From: an uncultured Bacteroidales bacterium
Lineage (GTDB): Bacteria > Bacteroidota > Bacteroidia > Bacteroidales > Paludibacteraceae
Length of the DNA: 64,000 bases
NCBI GenBank assembly: GCA_946544705.1
Contig: CAMNMN010000011.1
Span: 2,408-66,407, forward strand
Reading direction: 5' to 3'
Of the stretch, positions 55,342 through 63,206 are shown piece by piece. A program made the position numbers and the translations under genes. Numbering within the stretch: the stretch's first letter is position 1; the number at the start of each line of letters is the position of its first letter. The notes under the pieces were generated by a model that saw only the letters and a list, made by a program, of their open reading frames with translations, did not search any database and was not told the DNA's origin.

Positions 55342-57363
55342 ATGAAAAAGATTTATATACTGATAGCAGTCCTCGTTTATGCGGCGGGGGTGTTGGCTGC
55401 TAACTGGAATGATGTGGCAGGTGTTGAGCCGGTAGAGCGTACCCGTCCTGCAGGTGTGACGAATGGTATTTACTATGGTGCGGATGGCACTTCCGTGACC
55501 CTATGTACCTATGCCGCCAGCAAAACGCAATCCGCCAAGCGCGTGTTCCTGTTGGGCGATATGACCAACTGGAAACTCAGCGCGGACTATCAGTTGTTCA
55601 AAGACGGTAATTATTTCTGGATTACGTTAACCGGTTTAACTCCCGGACAGGAGTATCGTTTCCAGTACGCGGTAGAGCGTGCGGATGGTTTGAAAAAACA
55701 GATCTCGGATCTGTATTCGGAGAAAGTGCTGCACCCGGACGATCAGTATGAACCGAAGAAAGTGGATCCCAATTTATTGGATTATCCTGCAGGCAAAGGC
55801 GCAGACGGCTATGTGACGGTTATCCAGCCGGGCAAGCCGAAGTACCAATGGTCGGATGCTACGCTCCATTTTCAGCGTCCGAACAAGAACAACCTCGTTA
55901 TCTACGAGTTGTGGATCTATGATTATACCGAAGGACGCTCGTTGAAGGGATTGATGAAGCGTCTGGATTATATCCAAAACTTGGGTGTGAATGCGGTGGA
56001 GTTGATGCCGATTTGCGAGTTTGACGGAAACTATAACTGGGGTTATTCGCCGAACCATTATTTTGCGCCGGATAAAGCGTACGGCACGGAGGAGATGTAC
56101 AAGACGTTCATCGATGAGTGTCATAAACGCGGCATGGCGGTGATCCTTGATATGGTTTTCAACCATGCTACGGGACTCAATCCGATGAACAAACTCTATC
56201 CGTATGGTTCGGATTTGGCGAATAACCCGTGGTTTAACGTCAACGCGCCGCATAGCGATAATGTCTATGAGGACTGGAATCACGGTTTCGAGCCGGCGCA
56301 TGAGATGTTTATCCGGGCGTTGAAGTATTGGTTAACGGAGTACAAGGTGGATGGTTTCCGTTTGGATCTCAGTCATGGTCTTTGTTCGGACAAACCGAAT
56401 ACCTCGGTGGGCAACCTCAAGGACTATTACGACAAAGGCGTCAAGGCCGTTTCTCCCGATGCGTATATGATCTGTGAGCACTGGGGCAGTAATATGGGGA
56501 CGGAGCGTCCTCAGTTGGTCAGCTACGGTATGCAGTGCTGGTCGAATACGTCTAATGCGTATTGCCAGACAGCGATGGGATGGCTCAAGGATGGTGACGG
56601 TTTTGGAGAAGCCAATAAAGACGGCTATGTATCTTATTGCGAGAGCCACGATGAAGAGCGAATGCAGTACAAAGTGAAGCAGTACGGAAACGGAGACCTG
56701 AAGACCAATACCGCTGCTCGTCTGGCGCGTGTGCCGGAGAACGTAGCGTTCAATGTGCTGCTGAACGGATCGCATATGCTTTGGATGTGGGAGGAGGTCG
56801 GTTATGACTTCTCAATCAACTGTGATATCGACCATCCCAATGCGTACAACGAGAGCTATCGATGCAGCAAGAAACCCCGTCCGGAGATTCGCTCCTATTT
56901 CACCAATAAGGACCGTGTGGCGGCGTTTACCAAGTGCGCGCAAGTGATAACCCTGCGTACGCAGTTGATGCCGGGGGTCTTCGAGGGTAACCCGACGAGT
57001 CAAAATATCAGTTCCGGGGACAAACTGCGTAAGATCCAATGGGGCAGCAATGTGTTTGCTGCGGCGAATTTCGATGTGACGAGCAATCAAGCCGTCACGC
57101 TGCCTTCCGGTACATGGTACGACTATCTGAACGGCGCTACGCGCGCTAACGGCACTTATACCCTTGCTCCGGGTGAGTTGAAGGTCTTTACCGGTACGCC
57201 GGTTATTGCGCCGACATTTGAGGATATCAACAAACGTGAAACGCAGGGTTTTGAAGAAGTACAAATGGATCAAGTACCAAGTACCAAGTTCTTCCACGAC
57301 GGGCAGATTCTCATTCGCCGCGGAGACAATATCTATACGATTACGGGCGAGCGCGTAAAATAA
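55342..57363 (+). CDS. Secreted GH13 enzyme (pullulanase/neopullulanase-like, with an N-terminal Ig-like/CBM48-like domain) carrying the shared C-terminal tail
   Basis: DMVFNHAT, VDGFRLDLSHG, MICEHWG, YCESHDEE. Ends KFFHDGQILIRRGDNIYTITGERVK. Confidence 0.88.
   Translation: MKKIYILIAVLVYAAGVLAANWNDVAGVEPVERTRPAGVTNGIYYGADGTSVTLCTYAASKTQSAKRVFLLGDMTNWKLSADYQLFKDGNYFWITLTGLTPGQEYRFQYAVERADGLKKQISDLYSEKVLHPDDQYEPKKVDPNLLDYPAGKGADGYVTVIQPGKPKYQWSDATLHFQRPNKNNLVIYELWIYDYTEGRSLKGLMKRLDYIQNLGVNAVELMPICEFDGNYNWGYSPNHYFAPDKAYGTEEMYKTFIDECHKRGMAVILDMVFNHATGLNPMNKLYPYGSDLANNPWFNVNAPHSDNVYEDWNHGFEPAHEMFIRALKYWLTEYKVDGFRLDLSHGLCSDKPNTSVGNLKDYYDKGVKAVSPDAYMICEHWGSNMGTERPQLVSYGMQCWSNTSNAYCQTAMGWLKDGDGFGEANKDGYVSYCESHDEERMQYKVKQYGNGDLKTNTAARLARVPENVAFNVLLNGSHMLWMWEEVGYDFSINCDIDHPNAYNESYRCSKKPRPEIRSYFTNKDRVAAFTKCAQVITLRTQLMPGVFEGNPTSQNISSGDKLRKIQWGSNVFAAANFDVTSNQAVTLPSGTWYDYLNGATRANGTYTLAPGELKVFTGTPVIAPTFEDINKRETQGFEEVQMDQVPSTKFFHDGQILIRRGDNIYTITGERVK
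57271..57290 (+). repeat. Short GTAC-word array in frame just before the C-terminal tail
   Basis: caagtaccaagtaccaagtt, encoding QVPSTKF. Confidence 0.6.
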
Positions 57364-57364
57364 A

Positions 57365-58006
57365 ATGTATATAGCAATCGCAGGAAATATCGGTGCAGGC
57401 AAGACGACGCTGACGAAGATGTTAGCGAAGTATTACGGATGGGAGCCGCGGTTTGAGTCCGTGAATTTCAATCCGTACCTGGAGGACTATTATGGTGACA
57501 TCCAGCGGTGGGCGTTTTGCCTGGAGACATATTTCCTCAAGGAGCGATACAAAGACATGCAAGCCGTTCAGCGTGCGGGACATACGATTGTGCAGGACCG
57601 CTCGATTTACGAGGGTGTGTATGTCTTCGTGCGCAATAACTACGAGCGAGGAGATCTCAGTCAGCGGGATTTTGAGACGTTTATGGAACTCTTTGACCTC
57701 ATGAAGTCGCAGATGAAGATGCCCGATCTGATGATTTATCTTCGTAAGTCCGTACCGGCGCTCATCGCGCAGATACAGAAACGCGGAAGGGATTATGAGC
57801 AGACCATGCAGATCGACTACCTCAAGGACCTGAACGACAAATACGAGGATTTCATCTATCATAAGTACGAAGGCCGCGTACTGGTGATCGATTCGGACGG
57901 AATGGATTTTGAGAACAACCCTGCGGACTTCCGCAAAGTGATTGACAAGGTCGATGCGGAACTCTTCGGACTCTTCAGCGAAAATAACTGGAATAATAAC
58001 CAATAA
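57365..58006 (+). CDS. Deoxynucleoside kinase (dAK/dCK/dGK family), paralog 1
   Basis: P-loop IAIAGNIGAGKTTL, VQDRSIYEG, and the arginine-rich lid QIQKRGRDYEQ. Confidence 0.88.
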   Translation: MYIAIAGNIGAGKTTLTKMLAKYYGWEPRFESVNFNPYLEDYYGDIQRWAFCLETYFLKERYKDMQAVQRAGHTIVQDRSIYEGVYVFVRNNYERGDLSQRDFETFMELFDLMKSQMKMPDLMIYLRKSVPALIAQIQKRGRDYEQTMQIDYLKDLNDKYEDFIYHKYEGRVLVIDSDGMDFENNPADFRKVIDKVDAELFGLFSENNWNNNQ

Positions 58007-58138
58007 TCCCCCTCAATCGGCAAAGGGGTCCCCGACGGGCGCTAACGGAGTGCACCCGGTGGGGAGAGCGGAGGCATCGGTTGCCCGTTTATTTAGCGGA
58101 GCGGTATAAACCAATGCACACCGATTGCCGAACGCGAC

Positions 58139-58792
58139 ATGCATATAGCAGTAGCAGGAAATATTGGTTGCGGCAAAACGACGTTAACCAATATGTTAGC
58201 CAAACATTATGGCTGGGAGCCGCGCTTCGAGAGCGTGGAGTATAATCCCTATCTGTCGGATTTCTATGCCGATATGGCGCGATGGTCCTTTAACTTGCAG
58301 GTTTATTTTCTGAACAAACGCTTCAAGGATGTCATCGAGATCGGCAAGCAGGATAAGTACATCATTCAGGACCGTACTATCTATGAGGACGCGCGTATCT
58401 TTGCGCCGAACCTGCACAAGCAAGGATTCATGTCCGACCGGGATTTCGATAACTATACAGATCTCTTTGATCTGATGATGTCCTTGGTAAAGATGCCGGA
58501 TCTGCTGATCTACGTGCGCGCTTCGCTGCCTACTTTAGTCGCGCAGATTCAGAAACGCGGAAGGAACTACGAGCAGTCCATCCAGCTGGACTACCTGCAG
58601 GGTCTGAATGACCTCTATGAGAATTGGATCAAGGAATACAAGGGCAAACTGCTGATCATCGAGGGTGATAAGATTAAGTTCGGCGAGAATCCCGAGGATT
58701 TCCGGTGGGTTACTGACCGCATTGATGCCGAGCTCTTCGGTCTCTTCCCGTTTGAAAGCGAAGCAACCACCGGAAAAGAGATAGCAGGGTGA
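58139..58792 (+). CDS. Deoxynucleoside kinase, paralog 2
   Basis: P-loop IAVAGNIGCGKTTL, IQDRTIYED, QIQKRGRNYEQ. Clearly homologous along its length to the upstream paralog by eye (identity not counted). Confidence 0.88.
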   Translation: MHIAVAGNIGCGKTTLTNMLAKHYGWEPRFESVEYNPYLSDFYADMARWSFNLQVYFLNKRFKDVIEIGKQDKYIIQDRTIYEDARIFAPNLHKQGFMSDRDFDNYTDLFDLMMSLVKMPDLLIYVRASLPTLVAQIQKRGRNYEQSIQLDYLQGLNDLYENWIKEYKGKLLIIEGDKIKFGENPEDFRWVTDRIDAELFGLFPFESEATTGKEIAG

Positions 58793-59955
58793 GTAAGACT
58801 ATTGGAGTAAAAGAGAATTGGCGTCGTCTCTGGCTGGATTATCGGTCTGAGTTTTTCTTTGGCGCCGTGCTCGGTGTACTGGTCGTTTTTAGTTATTGGG
58901 CAGCGGCATTTATACCGGAAGATTTCTTTGAGACATTTATCAACCCCGTGCAGTACGTCGCCATGATCATGGTGTGTCTTTTCGGCGCTTTTCTGATGTA
59001 CCGCCACCATGAGGGGATAGAAATGCGGCGTTCGTGGGGAACGGTGCTACTCATATGGGCATTGACGGAGATAGTCCTGCTGATTCTTCGGTACGGCTAT
59101 GGCTTTATGGCGGTGGGAGGTACGCCTGACGACCCGCTCTATAATGTGTCGCTCACGGTAGGAAATATCTTTGCATGGCTGCTTTTTATCTACCCCTCAC
59201 AGGTCTTGTGGCCGGGATGGCTCACTTGGACCAAGGCGGCTGTAATCGTCCTTCCAATGATTATTGTCGGGGTGATCGATTATTTTGTGCCGGCGAATCT
59301 GATATATATCATCATGCTTTATCCGATGGCGATTTTCTATCTCTTATGCCGTCATGTCGGCAAGTATCGCCGCTGGTGCGAGGATAACTTCTCGTCGATG
59401 GAGAATATCGATGCACAATGGGTAGTGAGGTATCTGATCATGCTGGCGTTGTTGGGGCTGTCTTTCTATTTCATTGTGTTCAGGTATGTGCCGAACCGGA
59501 TGTTCACTCAGCAATGGGTGTTTCTGCTCATTCTTGGGTACAGTACGGAGCAGATACTCTTCCGTAAGGATCCATGGGAGGAGTTGTTGAAAGAGGATGG
59601 AAAATTTGACAATACCTCTTCCTCTGATGAGGCGTCTCCGGCAAACAGACAGTTGTTTGAGCAATGGATGGACGAGAAAAAGCCTTACCTCAATCCCGAT
59701 TTTCAACTCAATGACTTGCGCGCTGTGCTGCCGATGAACAGAACCTACCTCTCGCAGTTCGTCAATAGCGAGTATGGATGCTCGTTCTATATGCTGGTTA
59801 ACCGCTATCGTATCGCCGAAGCGAAGCGCCTTATGACCGAGCAGCCGGATCTCAAGATTCAAGACATCGCCGACCGTTGCGGCTTCTCATCCCGTCGCGT
59901 CTTCTCCCAAATCTTCACACGCGAAACAGGTACCACACCTACCGAGTGGAAGTAA
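58789..59955 (+). CDS. Polytopic membrane protein with a C-terminal AraC-type HTH domain
   Basis: About 7 hydrophobic helices in the first 250 aa, then LNDLRAVLPMNRTYLSQFV..IQDIADRCGFSSRRVFSQIFTRETGTTPTEW. Confidence 0.75.
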   Translation: MSKTIGVKENWRRLWLDYRSEFFFGAVLGVLVVFSYWAAAFIPEDFFETFINPVQYVAMIMVCLFGAFLMYRHHEGIEMRRSWGTVLLIWALTEIVLLILRYGYGFMAVGGTPDDPLYNVSLTVGNIFAWLLFIYPSQVLWPGWLTWTKAAVIVLPMIIVGVIDYFVPANLIYIIMLYPMAIFYLLCRHVGKYRRWCEDNFSSMENIDAQWVVRYLIMLALLGLSFYFIVFRYVPNRMFTQQWVFLLILGYSTEQILFRKDPWEELLKEDGKFDNTSSSDEASPANRQLFEQWMDEKKPYLNPDFQLNDLRAVLPMNRTYLSQFVNSEYGCSFYMLVNRYRIAEAKRLMTEQPDLKIQDIADRCGFSSRRVFSQIFTRETGTTPTEWK

Positions 59956-59958
59956 TAT

Positions 59959-61044
59959 ATGATTCATTTATTAGACAACTATACTTTCTCTCCGGCTCTC
60001 CGCTATGACGCGCATAGGCTGATATATACCTATTCGGAGAAGGAAGAACCGATACAGATCGAGGGCTTTCTGGGGGCCGCGCTGTTATGCGTGCGCTTGA
60101 TCAATTCTGATGAGGGCGAGCGGCGCGAGATACCGCTCGATATTGAGCGTAAGCAGGACTTTCTCTTCTCCCGCTATGAGCAGGAAGTGATTGCGGAAGG
60201 GTGGGGATATCTCGAGGCAGAACTCCGCCAACTCAACGATGCCTATATCCAACTCACGCTCAGTCAAGTTCCCATCGTGGATGTATGCGCGAATATCCGT
60301 CAATTCAGTATAGCGATGTCCTTGCTCTCCGCTTACATGCAGCGGCTGGTGACCGAAGTGTTCGGAGAGCATATATGGGAGAAAGAGACGTGGCACATGC
60401 CCTTCTCACAATGGCTCTTCGATGCCGGATATACCGAGACCGTTCGGCAACGGTTTTTGCACATCGACTGGACCGATCCCATGGCCGTCAATGCACTCGT
60501 TGAGATGCCGGAACAACGATCCGAAGAACCCTCTTTTATCTTTGAGGGCGAGGAGGCGGAAGAGATCATCCGCCGCTACTGGGAGTGGCTGTCGAATACC
60601 GCACAGAAAGAGGCCGCGCTCTTTCCCGATAAAAACGTGATGATGGCGGAATTTAAGGAGAATATCCTTGCGCACGAGACCAATTACGAGGACCTCAAAC
60701 CGGAGATGAAGGAGTTCACGCCGGACCAACTCAACCTCTTCCGTAAATGGATGAACCAATGGATCGATTTCGTGAAAACAAAAATCGAACCGCCTGTTCC
60801 CCCAAAAAAGAAAGACATCCGGCAGGAGTTTTTTCTCGATAATATACTCCCCGTCCCGCCCGAGCATAATTATGTGGAAGTGAAGAAATACATCCTCGAA
60901 CGATGCAGATATGACAAAGAATTCAAAAAATATTTCGAAGCACATAAAAGGACAGATTTCTGCAACCAATTAACACTCCTATTTGGTTGGGTTATAGATC
61001 CTAACGCCCTCGGCAAACGAATGAAAAGTAAAGCGAAAAAGTGA
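59959..61044 (+). CDS. Hypothetical cytoplasmic protein (361 aa), no recognisable domain
   Basis: Long ORF starting 4 nt after the upstream stop and followed by two terminator hairpins. Acidic mid-region and a Lys-rich C-terminus. Confidence 0.55.
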   Translation: MIHLLDNYTFSPALRYDAHRLIYTYSEKEEPIQIEGFLGAALLCVRLINSDEGERREIPLDIERKQDFLFSRYEQEVIAEGWGYLEAELRQLNDAYIQLTLSQVPIVDVCANIRQFSIAMSLLSAYMQRLVTEVFGEHIWEKETWHMPFSQWLFDAGYTETVRQRFLHIDWTDPMAVNALVEMPEQRSEEPSFIFEGEEAEEIIRRYWEWLSNTAQKEAALFPDKNVMMAEFKENILAHETNYEDLKPEMKEFTPDQLNLFRKWMNQWIDFVKTKIEPPVPPKKKDIRQEFFLDNILPVPPEHNYVEVKKYILERCRYDKEFKKYFEAHKRTDFCNQLTLLFGWVIDPNALGKRMKSKAKK

Positions 61045-61095
61045 CGTCACGTGACGTCCTTTTTTTTATGTGTCCTTTCAAAAGGACGTTTTTTG
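61043..61095 (+). terminator. Two consecutive hairpins with T-runs
   Basis: The perfect 16-nt palindrome GACGTCACGTGACGTC followed by T8, then GTCCTTTcaAAAGGAC followed by gtttttt. Confidence 0.7.
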
Positions 61096-61098
61096 TAG

Positions 61099-61106
61099 TA
61101 ACTTTG
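61099..61106 (+). promoter_or_regulatory. -7 promoter box TAACTTTG
   Basis: 31 nt upstream of the ATG at 61138. Confidence 0.5.
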
Positions 61107-61137
61107 CACTCGATTTACCTTTAAACCCTTTAACGTT

Positions 61138-62388
61138 ATGATTGAAAATCTTAACCCTATTCCCGAGGAGCAGGCGAACCTCCACATCGTGGAAAACATG
61201 GATGTAAACAACCTGCCTGAACTAATGAAATCCGTCCTCTCACTCGCTCACACGCCTGCCGAGAAGGACATGTTATTAATGTCCGCACTTACCGCGTGCT
61301 CGGGCGTGCTCCCGAACCTTTATTTCAAGTACGGTATCGGGGCCAAACGCTATTACCCGAACCTGCAACTCTTTATCGTCGGTTCGGCGGCTTGCGGAAA
61401 AGGTATCGCCAACCTTGCCCTCGAACTCGTCAAACCCATTCACGAGGCGAATCCCCTCATCATCCCGGGCGATGCTACCTACCCGGCTTTCTATCAGACG
61501 CTCGCCAAACAGCACGGCCGCGGCTATATCCATGAGTCCGAAGGTTCGGTCATCACCGACATCTGGCGTACCTCTACCGCGAACTACAACACCGCCCTTC
61601 GTAAAGCGGCTGAGCACGAGACTATCTCCCGTGCCCGCTGTCGCGAAGCGTCCGTCATCGAGAACCCCCAACTCTCCATGGTCCTCACCGGTACATTCAG
61701 CCAGTACAAGGCGCTCGTGCCATCTATCGAAAACGGTTACTTCTCGCGCTTGCTCACCCTCATCGTCGATGAACACCAAGCCTTTAACAGCCAGTATGTA
61801 CAACCCTCGGAAAGTTCCGATGAAACCGTGAAGACTTGTGCTGAACAGCTCTATCATCTCTATGAGAAACTGCTCTTCTCCAAACCCCGCGAGTTCTGCC
61901 TCACGCCTGACCAGCGTACCCGTCTCGGCCACCATCTCGAGACCGCCTATCCGACCCTCATCCGCATGTTAGGCGAAGACTTCCACTCCGTGGTACTAAG
62001 AATGGCGGTCCATATCGAACGCATCGCCCTCATCCTCTCCGCTGTAAGAATGACTTCGTTTCTTACGCCGGATAATATCCGGCTCGAGTGCTCCGACATC
62101 GACTACGCTACCGCCGAACTCATCGGCAACAAACTCATCCTACACATGGCACAGGCGTATCAGTTGGTAAAAGGAACTGAGAAGATAGAGGCACCGAAAG
62201 TCAAACCCCTCGACCAGAAAGCCATTCTCCTCTCTCTCCTTCCCGCCGAGTTTGAATCCAAAACCCTCGTCGCCGAAGCACAATCCCAAGGAATCTCTCC
62301 GCGTACTTCTACTCGTTGGAACGAAGAATGGATGGCGCATGGATTAGTACAAAAGATTCGTTATGGAGTGTATAAAAAAATTGCATGA
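61138..62388 (+). CDS. DUF3987-like P-loop protein (VirE/primase-helicase-associated family common in Bacteroidales accessory regions)
   Basis: MLLMSALTACSGVLPNLYFKYG..YYPNLQLFIVGSAACGKGIA resembles the DUF3987 family (recognised from memory, not searched). Confidence 0.6.
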   Translation: MIENLNPIPEEQANLHIVENMDVNNLPELMKSVLSLAHTPAEKDMLLMSALTACSGVLPNLYFKYGIGAKRYYPNLQLFIVGSAACGKGIANLALELVKPIHEANPLIIPGDATYPAFYQTLAKQHGRGYIHESEGSVITDIWRTSTANYNTALRKAAEHETISRARCREASVIENPQLSMVLTGTFSQYKALVPSIENGYFSRLLTLIVDEHQAFNSQYVQPSESSDETVKTCAEQLYHLYEKLLFSKPREFCLTPDQRTRLGHHLETAYPTLIRMLGEDFHSVVLRMAVHIERIALILSAVRMTSFLTPDNIRLECSDIDYATAELIGNKLILHMAQAYQLVKGTEKIEAPKVKPLDQKAILLSLLPAEFESKTLVAEAQSQGISPRTSTRWNEEWMAHGLVQKIRYGVYKKIA

Positions 62389-62452
62389 CAAACTTGACCA
62401 AGTTGACAAAGTTAGCCTGAAGTTGGTCAAGTTTGTCAACTTGGTCATGCAA
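62381..62452. repeat. Array of four TTGAC-containing 9-mers, two direct and two inverted, bracketed by the inverted repeat TTGCATGAC/GTCATGCAA
   Basis: ttgcatgac AAACTTGAC CAAGTTGAC aaagttagcctgaagttg GTCAAGTTT GTCAACTTG gtcatgcaa. It overlaps the stop codon of the DUF3987-like gene. Confidence 0.75.
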
Positions 62453-62662
62453 ATTTTTACAGCGTCTGTTGTCTGGCATATCATGCCGCTTCCGACTTTG
62501 TTCATTCCGTCGGAATTCTATTCCGACATCTCCATCCTTGTTTCTCGCGTCTATGCATCGTGCATTTTTGCAACAGCCAAATAGCAAGCGCCCGTTAGTG
62601 ATAAGTTAATCATAAGTTAAATATTAGTTAATCATTACCCTTATTAAACCCTAAGAAACATT

Positions 62663-63043
62663 ATGGCAATATTTACTACAGCTGCCGGTATCGATGATTT
62701 AACCGGCAAGTTTTCAAAACACTCGCGTCTGGTGATGCGAAAGAAAGAATGGCATTACCCGGACGGCCGGGTTTTCGGATGCGGTCCAAAGGAAGTGTAT
62801 GAACTGGAGAATCGCGATTATAAGCGTAATCCCCGCACGCCTGCCGAACAGACCCAGTACGAACGCTGGAAAGCCGTTTGCCAAGAGGCATCGCGTATCG
62901 CGAAAGATCCGAACCATCCGCGGTACCGGGAGATGGTGGAACGTCATGCTGCCCAACTCCGCGGCAAACCCGATCCCGTCCTCGGCAAGAAACGTATCTG
63001 TCAGTTCGGCAACTTCGTCCGCGCAGTACTGATACACGAGTAA
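62663..63043 (+). CDS. Small basic hypothetical protein (126 aa)
   Basis: ATG-initiated ORF followed directly by a terminator hairpin. No recognisable motif. Confidence 0.5.
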   Translation: MAIFTTAAGIDDLTGKFSKHSRLVMRKKEWHYPDGRVFGCGPKEVYELENRDYKRNPRTPAEQTQYERWKAVCQEASRIAKDPNHPRYREMVERHAAQLRGKPDPVLGKKRICQFGNFVRAVLIHE

Positions 63044-63047
63044 GAAG

Positions 63048-63077
63048 AAACGCATCTTTGAGGTGCGTTTTTTTTAT
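63048..63077 (+). terminator. Rho-independent terminator
   Basis: aaACGCATC-tttga-GGTGCGTtttttttt. Confidence 0.75.
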
Positions 63078-63153
63078 CTTCCAAATGTGGGTTAAAAAGT
63101 ATAGATTTGGACAAAAAACACAAAATTTATTTGGTCAATTCAAAAAATTATTG

Positions 63154-63161
63154 TACCTTTG
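63154..63161 (+). promoter_or_regulatory. -7 promoter box TACCTTTG
   Basis: 45 nt upstream of the ATG at 63207. Confidence 0.5.
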
Positions 63162-63206
63162 CAGCGGATTTGTAAATAGCGATTAACATTAATACATATT
63201 AACATT

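Noticed and set aside
50617-57360. Calling the shared C-terminal motif a canonical T9SS type A or type B C-terminal domain
   Set aside because: The conserved region spans at most about 45 residues and the protein ends right after the Y-x-x-x-G-x-x-V strand. I did not see the later CTD strands or a PNP-type block. I leave it as T9SS-like at best until it is profiled.
58007-58138. Assignment of the dNK spacer to a known riboswitch class (cobalamin, ZTP, glycine, yybP-ykoY, ykkC/guanidine-PRPP, purine/2'-dG considered)
   Set aside because: By eye I could not find the conserved cores of any of these. GGGGAGAGCG is only loosely like the yybP GGGGAGUAGC. I therefore report it as an unclassified structured candidate only.
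62363-62584. 73-aa plus-strand ORF (and the 92-aa minus-strand ORF 62309-62587) in the DUF3987/small-ORF spacer
   Set aside because: It starts inside the DUF3987-like gene and runs through the TTGAC repeat array. It has no promoter box or recognisable motif and is probably non-coding.
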